NCBI GenBank assembly: GCA_963765495.1
Contig: CAVXWP010000008.1
Coordinates: 480,001 to 544,000 of the forward strand
Direction of reading: 5' to 3'
DNA: 64,000 nucleotides
Source of the DNA: Blastocatellia bacterium
GTDB lineage: Bacteria; Acidobacteriota; Blastocatellia; UBA7656
In this document: positions 50,311 through 60,303 of the stretch, piece after piece
Layout of the letters: each line of letters starts with the position of its first letter
Numbering within the stretch: position 1 is the stretch's first letter
Made by a program: the position numbers and the translations under genes
Notes under the pieces: model-generated
Told to the model about the DNA's origin: nothing
Database searches by the model: none
The model's input: only the letters and a program-made list of their open reading frames with translations

Positions 50311-51612
50311 TTAAGACATCCATTCGGCGACAGAAGAGTCTCTGCGGATAATAGTCTCGTTGCGTTCAGGGCCGGTTGAGATCATACCAACCTGCGCGCC
50401 CGTCAGTTCTTCTATCCGCTTGACATAGCTTTTGGCGGCCGTAGGCAAATCGTCGTACTCAGTGATCCCGCTTGTATCGGTCACCCAACCGGGATGGGTT
50501 TCATAGACCGGGACGCATTCGGCGAGAATGCTTGCACCGTAGGGCATTTCATCCAGCCGCTCACCGCGAAAATCGTAAGCTATACATATTTTGATTTCAG
50601 CGAGCTCATCAAGCACGTCGAGTTTTGTCAGCGCGATGGAATCAAACCCGTTCAGCATAGTCGAATAGCGAACGACCACGGCATCAAACCACCCGGTACG
50701 ACGGGGCCTCCCCGTTGACGCCCCATACTCGTTTCCGCGTTTTTGCAGGTGCGCCCCTGTTGCATCCAGGAGTTCGGTAGGGAACGGCCCTCCGCCAACA
50801 CGGGTAGTATAGGCTTTCGCAATTCCGAGCGCCCCCGTTAGATAGCGGGGAGCAAGGCCGCTCCCCGTCGAGGCCCCTCCTGCCGTCGCATTTGATGAAG
50901 TGACGAATGGATATGTGCCATGGTCCACATCCAGCATGGTTCCCTGAGCCCCTTCGAGAAGAATGTTCTTCCCTTCTTCAATCGCCCTGTTTAGCAGCGC
51001 CGACGTATCCCGCACAAAAGGTTTTAGTCGGAGAGCCCCGGTCAAATAGTCGTCAATGACGCTGACAACATCAAGAGGCTCACAGTCGAGCGACACGAGT
51101 TCACGGTTTGCGTCTTCTACATACTGTCGCAATTTCTCGTTCAGCAGATCGGGATAGAGGAGGTCCCCGGCGCGTACGCCTGTCCGGGCCGCCTTGTCTT
51201 CGTAAGCAGGGCCGATGCCGCGCATGGTGGTCCCTACGGAGTTTGCTCCGAGTTTCTGTTCACGAGCGCAATCGAGCGAGATATGATAAGGCAGAATCAG
51301 ATGAGCTCGACTTGATATAAACAGACGATTCTCGCATTCGATTCCCATCTGGCGGAGTTCTTCAATCTCGGCGTTGAAGGCGGACGGCTCAACCACTACA
51401 CCGTTTCCGATAACGCACAAGCATTCCTCGTGAAGAATGCCGGAAGGGATAAGATGAAGGACAAATTTGCGGTCGCTTATTCGGACCGTGTGGCCCGCAT
51501 TATGGCCACCTTGATACCTTGCAACGACACTGAAATAAGGGGCTAAGATGTCAACGACTTTCCCCTTGCCTTCATCTCCCCATTGCGCTCCTACTACGAC
51601 TATATTCTTCAT
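50311..51612 (-). CDS. purA: Adenylosuccinate synthetase
   Basis: QWGDEGKGK, GGHNAGHT, EGAQG, GTYPFVTSS, TTRVGGGPFPTE, TGRPRR. Confidence 0.98.
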   Translation of the reverse strand: MKNIVVVGAQWGDEGKGKVVDILAPYFSVVARYQGGHNAGHTVRISDRKFVLHLIPSGILHEECLCVIGNGVVVEPSAFNAEIEELRQMGIECENRLFISSRAHLILPYHISLDCAREQKLGANSVGTTMRGIGPAYEDKAARTGVRAGDLLYPDLLNEKLRQYVEDANRELVSLDCEPLDVVSVIDDYLTGALRLKPFVRDTSALLNRAIEEGKNILLEGAQGTMLDVDHGTYPFVTSSNATAGGASTGSGLAPRYLTGALGIAKAYTTRVGGGPFPTELLDATGAHLQKRGNEYGASTGRPRRTGWFDAVVVRYSTMLNGFDSIALTKLDVLDELAEIKICIAYDFRGERLDEMPYGASILAECVPVYETHPGWVTDTSGITEYDDLPTAAKSYVKRIEELTGAQVGMISTGPERNETIIRRDSSVAEWMS

Positions 51613-51829
51613 AAGAGTACGGCCTCGGTGCCTCATCGCAACCTCCACAGACTTGAAACCCTCTCCTCAAGGCGGTTGAGCACCCGAGGATCGACCAGAT
51701 CATTGGAAGCCGGGAATGGAGGAGAAACCCTCCTGAACAGACAGGCAGGCGCACACAGACAATGGCCGGATATGCGCCTGCGATCTTATTTGAGCAGGCA
51801 AGGATTGGCCTGCTTACATATGCTGAGAG

Positions 51830-52165
51830 CTACCCTCCAATGGCGCGGTCAATCATCCGGGCAATATTATCCTTGGATGTCACCCCGACGACACGGTCTG
51901 CTTCATTCCCGCTCTTAAAGAGAATAAGGGTAGGAATCCCCTTGATGCCGAGTTGTTGCGCGGTCTGGTTATTGTCATCTACATTGAGCTTATAGACCTT
52001 CGCCTTACCTTCGTACTGTTGAGCAACGGCCTCGACAGTGGGCGCGAGCATGCGGCAGGGCTGGCACCAGGCGGCCCAAAAATCTACGAGCACAGGCACA
52101 TCCGATTGCAAAACATCTTTTTCAAAATTCTCATCCGTGACTTCATTCACAAAATCGCTCATCAT
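51830..52165 (-). CDS. trxA: Thioredoxin
   Basis: [17 protein letters not shown]. Confidence 0.93.
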   Translation of the reverse strand: MMSDFVNEVTDENFEKDVLQSDVPVLVDFWAAWCQPCRMLAPTVEAVAQQYEGKAKVYKLNVDDNNQTAQQLGIKGIPTLILFKSGNEADRVVGVTSKDNIARMIDRAIGG

Positions 52166-52260
52166 TTACCTCCAAATATTATTGCCGGTTAGAAGGGCCG
52201 GTTCCTGAAACCCGAAGCATTCCACACTCGGAAGGTTAAATTCAAACTCCGGCCGCAAAA

Positions 52261-53709
52261 TCAATCTGCCACAGCAGTATCTGACTGCGCGAGCCTTTCA
52301 TAAACTTCTTCGTAGAGCCGGGCCGATTTCTCCCAGGAATGATCGGCCCGCATTCCGTTAAGCATCAAAGCGCGCCAGAGGTCGCGGTCAGCATAAATCA
52401 GCAGCGCTTCATAAATTTTTTCAAGCAACCTGTAAGGATCGTAATCAAAAAACTTAAACCCTGTCCCCATCCGGGTCGTCCGGTCGAAGTTCTCTATGGT
52501 GTCGTCCAGACCGCCAACCGCGCGAACAATCGGCACCGTGCCGTACTTGAGCGAGTACATCTGGTTCAAACCGCAGGGCTCAAACAGAGACGGCATCAGA
52601 AACATATCCGCCCCCGCTTCGATAATGTGCGCCATCTCATTCGACAAACCAAAGTATACGCCTACATCGGAGGGTCGCGCATCCCTGAGAGCTTGAAACT
52701 CGTGTTCATAGACGCCTGAGCCCGACCCGAGCAGGATAAAAGCGACACCTCTATCCAGCATCGGGCGGGCGATTTTCAGCATCAGGTCTATTCCCTTCTG
52801 ATCGGTGAGCCTCGAGATTGCGGCGACTACAGGACGGTCAAGATTCTCCGGCAAACCGAACCGAGCGAGAAGATCGCGTTTACATTCCTGTTTGCCGCTC
52901 AGGTCGCGGGGGGAAAACCTGGCCGAAATGAGGGGGTCAATCTCTGGATTCCACACATCGTAATCGACACCATTGAGGATTCCAAAAAGATCACTGCTCC
53001 GGTAGCGGAGCACGCTATCCATTCCCTGCCCCGCAATCGGGGTTTGAATCTCACGGCTGTAACGGGGGCTGACGGTTGTGATAGCGTCGGAGAAGACCAG
53101 CCCCGCCTTCAGGGCCGACACCAGACCATAGTATTCAATTCCGCCGACTGGTGAATTCAACCACGAAGGCAACCCGCAATTGCCGAGGAAATCGGGGTTA
53201 AAAAGGCCGGAAAAGGCTATATTATGAATAGTAAATACTGTGCGCGTGCGAGCAAATGCAGGGTCCGAGGCATAGGTAGTCTTCAAATATGCAGAGACAA
53301 GGCCGGTCATCCAATCATTCAGGTGAATAATGTCCTGCCTTTCGCCAAGCGCCTTTGCCAGTTCAACAACCGCGCGGCTGAAGAAGGCAAATCTCTCAAC
53401 ATCGTCCCTTTCGCCATACAATGAGCCTCGGGAAAAATACCGGGGCGCATCAATAAAATAGACTGGAACAGGTCCTGAGCGATCTATGTAAACATCGGAT
53501 TCATAGAAGGTAAAATTAAAAGGAACAAGAAGTTTGGCGGGCAGGGCTTCTGAATGTGAAAGTATGGCATCAAGATTATAGCGTGGCATCACTATTCTGA
53601 CTGTGTGCCCAAGCCGGGCGAGGGCTTTTGGCAGAGAGGCTGAAACGTCAGCAAGGCCGCCGGTCTTTGCGTATGGCACAACTTCTGACGCCGCTAATAG
53701 GATGTTCAA
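52261..53709 (-). CDS. glgA: Glycogen synthase (GT5)
   Basis: KTGGLADV, HLNDW, TIHN, GILNG, QKG, PSLFEPCGLNQ, GGLDDT. Confidence 0.93.
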   Translation of the reverse strand: MNILLAASEVVPYAKTGGLADVSASLPKALARLGHTVRIVMPRYNLDAILSHSEALPAKLLVPFNFTFYESDVYIDRSGPVPVYFIDAPRYFSRGSLYGERDDVERFAFFSRAVVELAKALGERQDIIHLNDWMTGLVSAYLKTTYASDPAFARTRTVFTIHNIAFSGLFNPDFLGNCGLPSWLNSPVGGIEYYGLVSALKAGLVFSDAITTVSPRYSREIQTPIAGQGMDSVLRYRSSDLFGILNGVDYDVWNPEIDPLISARFSPRDLSGKQECKRDLLARFGLPENLDRPVVAAISRLTDQKGIDLMLKIARPMLDRGVAFILLGSGSGVYEHEFQALRDARPSDVGVYFGLSNEMAHIIEAGADMFLMPSLFEPCGLNQMYSLKYGTVPIVRAVGGLDDTIENFDRTTRMGTGFKFFDYDPYRLLEKIYEALLIYADRDLWRALMLNGMRADHSWEKSARLYEEVYERLAQSDTAVAD

Positions 53710-53974
53710 ACATTAGCTCCCACAGTCTAAAATTTGTGTTACCTCAGAATCAAAAATAGTATTAGACCGCGCAAGACATTGTCAAGAAACCGATATCGAG
53801 CAATTTCGAGAAAAACAGGAGCCAGAAAATTCTCAGAAAATTCTTTGCGTACTTTTAGCCTTTGCGAGAACTCGTTTCCTTCCAAGGCAAAAAGTATAAA
53901 ATTTTTCTTAAAGAATCGGAGGGGGCCTGCTGTAGCTTGATCGGGGCAGGAAAATGCGACCTCGGGCCATCGCT

Positions 53975-54826
53975 CTATTCAAGGATGCTGTATCTGTGCT
54001 CTCTATCTTCTGATTTTCTTAGCGGCTCAACCGCTCCAAACCTTCGATTACGGGATTGATATTCGAGTAATGCCCGTAAGAATTCGGCCTTTCTGAAATC
54101 AGGCCATAGTGTTTGCGTCACATAGATTTCGCTGTAGGCGATCTGCCAGAGCAGGAAATTGCTGATACGCATCTCGCCGCTTGTGCGAATTAGGAGGTCC
54201 GGGTCAGGCAGCTGTGAGGTGTAAAGTGATCCTGCAATCATCCGTTCATCAATATCGCCGGGGCGGATATGACCTTCGACCGCCTGTCGGGCCAAGTCCC
54301 GACAGGCTTCGGCTATCTCTGCCCGTCCGCCATAATTGAGGGCGATACTAAGCGTCAGACCCGTATTCTTGCAGGTTACTTTCTCGGCGTGTCGAATAGC
54401 CTTGAGGACGGAAGAGTCGAACTGATCGCTTCGACCTATCATCTGGAACCTTATGTTGTTCCTCTGCAAATTATCCAATTCTTTTCTTAAGAACTCCTTC
54501 AGCAATCGCATCAAGGCTTCTACCTCGAAACGCGGGCGGCTCCAATTTTCGGTAGAGAAGGCAAACAATGTGAGACAGGAGAGCCCAAGCTGTGCAGAGG
54601 TTTCTACCGCTTCGCGAACCGAAGCCGCCCCCTGCCGGTGACCCGAAACACGAGGCAGACCTCTTTTTTTAGCCCATCGACCGTTTCCGTCCATGATGAT
54701 TGCGACGTGGGAAGGAAGCCTGGAAGAATCCAGTCGCTCGATCAGGAAATGCTCTATCGATTCGCTGTCATGAGTGATATTAAATTGCTTCACAAGAATC
54801 CCTGCTCCTTTTTTGGAGAATTTCAA
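53975..54826 (-). CDS. uppS: Undecaprenyl diphosphate synthase
   Basis: HVAIIMDGNGRWA, FSTENWSRP, NYGGR, DLLIRTSGEMRISNFLLWQ. Start uncertain. Confidence 0.96.
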   Translation of the reverse strand: MKFSKKGAGILVKQFNITHDSESIEHFLIERLDSSRLPSHVAIIMDGNGRWAKKRGLPRVSGHRQGAASVREAVETSAQLGLSCLTLFAFSTENWSRPRFEVEALMRLLKEFLRKELDNLQRNNIRFQMIGRSDQFDSSVLKAIRHAEKVTCKNTGLTLSIALNYGGRAEIAEACRDLARQAVEGHIRPGDIDERMIAGSLYTSQLPDPDLLIRTSGEMRISNFLLWQIAYSEIYVTQTLWPDFRKAEFLRALLEYQSRNRRFGAVEPLRKSEDREHRYSILE

Positions 54827-55431
54827 TCTAGGGGATAAAGGTCGATCCTCTTCCTGCCATAAACAATTGTGTCCAGGAGATCACCTATTAGCCCGGCCTC
54901 GGAAATCCTAAGAGCCGGACGTTTTAGGCCGTCGGGTGCGTCAAAAACGATTTCAGTAACGCAATCAGTTCCGGCAGGAAGCGGTGTGGAACAGGACTGG
55001 AAAGACGATTGCTCCGAGTCGAGCGCAGCCTGCCCGGATGGCGCGAGGGCGTGTTCATTCCCGAAATCATCTATAAAGAGGGCATATGACCTGTTGAATT
55101 TGTAATCCACTCGTTTCGCGTGATTCGCTATGCGAAGAGTCACAATGTAAAATGAGCCCGAGGGCCAGACACTTGCGGCTCCCTCGCCAAGCGATTTTGC
55201 TTTTCTCACTCCCAAAACCGAGAAGGCGAAATCATCATATTGGATCTCCTGATTTAGTCCAACTATCTGGGTCCTGCGATTGAAGACGGCAAGGAGCACC
55301 AGCAGGATCAGCAATAATCCAATTCCAATCCCGAGGATGATCAAGACCTTCTTTAAAAACGGGGTCAACCCTTCCTCCTGTTGAGGCGTGCTTTTCGCCC
55401 CCCTCTTCTCTTTCCCCTTCCTAACTTTCAA
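54823..55431 (-). CDS. Membrane-anchored DUF4352-like protein
   Basis: One TM, then FYIVTLRIAN...LFIDDFGNE...IVFDAP beta-sandwich pattern. Confidence 0.6.
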   Translation of the reverse strand: MKVRKGKEKRGAKSTPQQEEGLTPFLKKVLIILGIGIGLLLILLVLLAVFNRRTQIVGLNQEIQYDDFAFSVLGVRKAKSLGEGAASVWPSGSFYIVTLRIANHAKRVDYKFNRSYALFIDDFGNEHALAPSGQAALDSEQSSFQSCSTPLPAGTDCVTEIVFDAPDGLKRPALRISEAGLIGDLLDTIVYGRKRIDLYPLD

Positions 55432-55727
55432 ACCCCTGATCCCTGCTTATATGGATCGTTATCAGACTGAGCGACCGTTTCGGGGGCGATGGTAATGAAA
55501 CCAGCCCGAGGACGGGTATCGGCATCAAAGGTCTTGCCACATGCTTCCCCGGGTGATTACTCTCTTGCTTACACCTTTCGGAATGCGGATTGCGGGTCGT
55601 AGAATTGAGCACCGGTCTATTCAGTCAATAATTTCGACCCGCATCACCGCCCTACGCAGGTATGATAGCGATTTGACGTGTGAGATGAATGAGCCAGGCA
55701 TGAGAAAAGTGTGAGAAGATTTTATTT

Positions 55728-58492
55728 ATGAGCCACTCTGGGACAATGGCGGGGGGATACCGCTTCGACAACTTCTTTATTGACCCGGCCAACAGACAGC
55801 TATGGCGTGACGGGGAGCCCGTTGCCTTGAATTCCAAGTACCTGGATGTGCTTTTGCTTCTGATCAGGCACAGGGGGCAGCTTGTAGAAAAGCAGCATAT
55901 ATTCGATCAGATTTGGGAGGGCGTGTTTGTAACGGATTCGGCCCTGACACAGTGTGTTAAGGATATTCGCCGTCAGCTTGGCGATGACGCCTCAAATCCG
56001 CGTTACATAAAGACGATCCCAAAATATGGGTACATGTTTATAGCTGAGGCGATTGAGGCCACGGACCAGGCGGCTGAATTGTGGCCTTCGGCCCAATCGA
56101 TTGCTCATGAAAAGATGGCTCAGGTTCCGTCTCCTCGTTCCCGCCCTTATAAATTTTTGGATTATTATGCGGAGGAGGACGCCCAGCTTTTTTTGGCCGG
56201 GAGCACGAAATAGAGACTATCTGTTCGCAGATAAGGTCCCGGCGTTCTTTCATCCTCCACGGCAGGTCGGGGGTCGGCAAAAGCTCGATAATCAGGGCGG
56301 GGGTTATACCCAGACTCAAGACCGAAGAGCATCTCGTTTTTGTCATTCGTAGCTTTACCGACCCGGCGCACCAGATTCTTACATCCCTCTCTCATCTTTT
56401 CGAGACTGAAAGCGGGACCGAACTCGAAATCGAATCTCTGATCAAACGGATCGGAGACGAGGGACAAGGGCGGCTATTGATATTTTTCATGGATCAGTTT
56501 GAAGAGTTTTTCCTGTCTCAGTCAGAGGAAACAAGAAATAGATTTATCAAAGTAATTGCCGCTCTTTCGGCAGGCGGGGCTTTGCCGGTACGCCTTGTTT
56601 TTGCCTTGCGCGAAGACCTGCTCGCCGAAATGACTCAATTAAAGAGAGCCATTCCTGAGATATTTCATCACGAATACAGATTAAAGAGGCTGGATCGTAC
56701 CCAGGCGGCGTGTGCAATAACCGAACCGGCGCTTGCTTCCGGGTGCAGCTACGAGCCTCAGCTTGTCGAACGATTGTTGGATGACCTCGCAGATCATGAG
56801 GGGGTAGACCCGCCGCAGATGCAGATTGTCTGCGACAGCCTCTATGACGCTAGAGATGAAAGAGGTCTGCTCACCGAAGCATCATATGAAGAGTTGGGAA
56901 CCGCCTCCGGCATACTTGCAGGGTATCTTGAACGAGTCTTACGCCGATTTAACGCTCCCGATCTGATCACGGTAAGGGGGATTTTAACTACCCTGATTTC
57001 ACCCGGGGGGCAGAGACTCGTATTACGCCCGTCAGAGCTTGAAGCGCGAGTAAGAATCCTGACCGGCAACAAATCGGGGGCGATTGGGAAGTTGGTTGAC
57101 GAGTTGGTTACGGCCCGCGTTGTCAGGCGGCGCAGTCTTGAGGGGGAGTCGTGGCTGGAACTGGCGCACGATTTTCTCACCCCTGAAATCAGCCGATGGA
57201 TAACGGAAGAAGAGAGGTCGCTAAAGAAGGCGCGCGCCGTCATCGAGCGCGCCCTTGAAAACTACAGGTCTCACAGGCTTGTGGTTGACGGAGACACCCT
57301 TGATTTGCTGCTCCCGTTCGGAGAACAGCTTGCTCTGACGGGCGAGGAAGCGGACCTTCTGGTACTGAGTCTTGTCTCACGCGCTTATGAAGTGCCGAGC
57401 TGGCTGGTCAGGTTTTCTCCCTCTTCTGAAGAGATCATCTCGCAGGCGGCAACGCACGCCGATGCCGAGGTTCGGCTTAGCGCCATCGCGGCTTCTCAGA
57501 TAAGCCCGGGGGATAAGACAAAGGTGATGCTTAGAAAGGTGGCGCTCTGGGATGCGGACCTCGGCGCAAGAAAGGCCGCCAGCATTGCCGTCGCTACCAT
57601 TTACGGCGATCAGTGCCTTGACCTGTTTTCAGTGGATGAGCAGGGGCAGGATATAGGGATCATTCGCCGGGCTGTCAGTCTGGCTATGATTCGTGATCAG
57701 GATAAGAGCCTGATTCGGCTATCTGACCTGACATTGCCGGTCAGTCTGCTTGTAATACTGGGGCTCGCCTGGGTCAGGCTTCGCAGGGATGGGAGGGAGA
57801 TAGTTCACCAGGCGTTAGGGGGGATGTTTGGAGGGGTCGCCTCCGGTTTTTTTGGAGGGCTGTTGCTTGGCGTATTGCTTTCGATGGCCCGTCACGCGTC
57901 AGCAGTTGAAACGCTCTCATTCGTTCTGGTGCTTGTCAGCATGGGGACATTTATTGGCGCGATAGGCGGTATGGGTGTGAGCATTGGGATGATCGCTGCG
58001 TTACATATCACCTACCGTCACAGCAGGTGGTGGTCGGTGGCCGGAGGCACAGCAGGCGGGGCGCTGATTGGGGGAAGTTCAAAGCTGCTGGGGGTCGACA
58101 CATTGAAGGCCCTGTTTGGGCAGAACCCGACGGGGCTGACAGGGGCATTCGAAGGGGCTGTAATTGGGGCGGGCGTTTCGCTCGGGGCGATTCTTGCGGC
58201 GCAGATTTTTGGCGAGTCAAGGGCATGGCAGAGAGTCGTTGGGGCAAGTCTCGGGGCTATGTGCGCAGGAATCCTGCTGACCGTCATCGGAGGCAATCTC
58301 TTCAGCGGAAGCCTTGAAATTGTGGCCCGCTCATTTGCCGATTCTCAAATCAGAATGGACCCTCTCGCCCCATTTTTTGGTGAAGGTCACTTTGGACAGA
58401 CAACACAGATAGTTATGGGCGCGCTTGAGGGCCTGCTTTTCGGAGCAGGTCTCTCTCTTGGTATCGAAACGAGAAAGAAGAAAGAAGGTTGA
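55728..58492 (+). pseudogene. Winged-helix + STAND-type P-loop NTPase + HEAT-like + multi-TM protein, interrupted by a -1 frameshift at T7 (56188-56194)
   Basis: The first frame gives a CadC-like wHTH and PYKFLDYY.EEDAQLF. The -1 frame continues FGREHEIE...HGRSGVGKSS..RAG...FFMDQFEE...LRED...ELAHDFL into ORF 56477-58492. Confidence 0.8.
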
Positions 58493-58499
58493 ATTTCAG

Positions 58500-58643
58500 C
58501 AGCAATTCTCGGTTTAGAAATTCTGTCTTAACAAAAAGTGAACCACGAAATACACGAAGCACACGAAATAGAAGAATTATTCGTGTATTTAGTCTGTTTC
58601 GTGGTATATCCCGGTGCGATTTCCTCTAAACCGAGAATTGCTG
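58500..58643. mobile_element. MITE: 144 bp, 19-bp perfect TIRs, 9-bp target-site duplication
   Basis: CAGCAATTCTCGGTTTAGA (58500-18) / TCTAAACCGAGAATTGCTG (58625-43), flanked by GAATTTCAG at 58491-99 and 58644-52. Confidence 0.85.
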
Positions 58644-58703
58644 GAATTTCAGACAGGATTCTTGTCAAATCCAATCTAATCCTCTTAATCCTGTCTGAAA
58701 TTC
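58644..58703. repeat. REP-like palindrome with 17-bp arms overlapping the pip stop codon
   Basis: GAATTTCAGACAGGATT / AATCCTGTCTGAAATTC. Confidence 0.8.
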
Positions 58704-59647
58704 AAATCCCGGAACTTGTCTGTAGCCCGGATCAAACCATCCACGATGCCGGGCTCGAAAGCCGAATGCCCCGCGTCAGGGACTATTTTCAACTCCGCTT
58801 CGGGCCAGGCTCTGTGAAGGTCCCAGGCGCTCATCATCGGACAGACGACATCATAACGCCCCTGCACGATCACTCCGGGTATATGGCGAATTTCCCCCAC
58901 ATTGTCGAGCAATTGATCTTCCGATTCCATGAAGATGTTGTTGATGAAATAGTGGCATTCGATGCGCGCAAGCGAGACCGCCTTATGAGGATCGGCAAAG
59001 CTGTCGATTAGATTTTGATCGGGAATGAGTTTTGACGTACTCCCTTCCCAGATGCTCCATGCGCGCGCGGCTTCGATCCTCACGGATTCATCTTCGCTCG
59101 TCAATCGCCTGTAGTATGCTCCCATCAAATCGTCGCGCTCATCTTCGGGGATGACTTTTAGAAACTCTTCCCAGACATCTGCGAAGATGGAATTTGCGCC
59201 ATCCTGATAAAACCAGCCCAGTTCCCTTTTGCGACAAAGGAATATGCCTCGAAGCACGAGCGCCACTACGCGATCCGGGTGTGTTTCCGCGTATGCGAGC
59301 GAAAGCGTGCTGCCCCAGGAGCCGCCGAATACGAGCCACTTATCAATACCGAGATGTGTTCGGAGACGCTCGATGTCGGCCACAAGATCCCAGGTCGTGT
59401 TCTCTTCGAGAGAGGCGAAGGGTTTGCTCTGCCCACAACCCCTTTGATCAAACAGGACGACTCGATATGTTGAAGGATCGAAGTAACGGCGGTAATCACT
59501 GGAGAGACCGCCACCCGGCCCTCCGTGAAGAAAGGCGGCGGGTCGCCCGGTCGGGTTACCACACTGCTCATAGTAAAGCGTGTGTACCGGAGAAACCCGA
59601 AGAAATCCTTTATCAAAAGGTTCTATTGGGTCATACATTGTTCTCAT
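58685..59647 (-). CDS. pip: Proline iminopeptidase
   Basis: HGGPG, FDQRGCG, GGSWG, LRGIF, QGRYD, AGHS. Start ATG 59647. Confidence 0.96.
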   Translation of the reverse strand: MRTMYDPIEPFDKGFLRVSPVHTLYYEQCGNPTGRPAAFLHGGPGGGLSSDYRRYFDPSTYRVVLFDQRGCGQSKPFASLEENTTWDLVADIERLRTHLGIDKWLVFGGSWGSTLSLAYAETHPDRVVALVLRGIFLCRKRELGWFYQDGANSIFADVWEEFLKVIPEDERDDLMGAYYRRLTSEDESVRIEAARAWSIWEGSTSKLIPDQNLIDSFADPHKAVSLARIECHYFINNIFMESEDQLLDNVGEIRHIPGVIVQGRYDVVCPMMSAWDLHRAWPEAELKIVPDAGHSAFEPGIVDGLIRATDKFRDLNFRQD

Positions 59648-59684
59648 AGTCTGGTTCCTCAACTTGACCTTGCAGGTTCGACCT

Positions 59685-60191
59685 TCATTCCGGGGCGATC
59701 CTGGCAAGCGATGTCTTGATCCGCAGTATAGTTTTCTCTCCGAGCCCCGGAACAGAATATAACCCCTGGCCTTCGACAAAAGCCCTGAGGTCATCAAGGC
59801 TCTGAATACCGAATTCTCTATGCAACAGTTGAGCGGTCTTCAGTCCGATCCCCGAGACGCGTTTCAAATCAAGCACTGTGACCGGGGTTTCCTTCTTTAA
59901 TTCTTCCAGGGCCGGAGCAGTCCCGGTCCTGATAATATCGACAATCTGGAGGGAGAGAGTTTTCCCGATTCCGGGCAATTTTTGCAAATTTGCTATGCCG
60001 CCACGGCGGGCTATTTCCGGCAGCGAATCATGCATATCCTCTATGGTTTCGGCTGCCAGTCGATAGGACCTCACTTTGAATGGGTTTTGGTCTTTGAATT
60101 CGAGCAGGTCGGCTATCGTATGGAAGACTCTGGCAATGGCGAGGTTATCAACCGAAAAAACAGTGCCATTTTCAGGGTCGAGGTCCGTCAT
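59685..60191 (-). CDS. Stand-alone PolX N-terminal helix-hairpin-helix domains
   Basis: NLAIARVFHTIADLLE...NPFKVRSYRLAA, LPGIGK, VSGIGLKT, VPGLGEKT. Ends before the palm domain. Confidence 0.8.
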   Translation of the reverse strand: MTDLDPENGTVFSVDNLAIARVFHTIADLLEFKDQNPFKVRSYRLAAETIEDMHDSLPEIARRGGIANLQKLPGIGKTLSLQIVDIIRTGTAPALEELKKETPVTVLDLKRVSGIGLKTAQLLHREFGIQSLDDLRAFVEGQGLYSVPGLGEKTILRIKTSLARIAPE

Positions 60192-60213
60192 GAAAGGAGA
60201 AGGTGATTTGCGG

Positions 60214-60251
60214 TCTGTGATCCGTGGCAAGCTCTTGCCACGGATCACAGA
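60214..60251. repeat. Perfect palindrome with 18-bp arms
   Basis: TCTGTGATCCGTGGCAAG-CT-CTTGCCACGGATCACAGA. Confidence 0.85.
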
Positions 60252-60303
60252 GGGCCAAAGATTCAACTCGAAACTAAGCTCTAAATTCAGTCTGAAGTTG
60301 AGC

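Noticed and set aside
58538-59011. 157-aa ORF starting MNHEIHEAHE
   Set aside because: It derives from the MITE's internal 9-bp repeats and runs antisense to pip.
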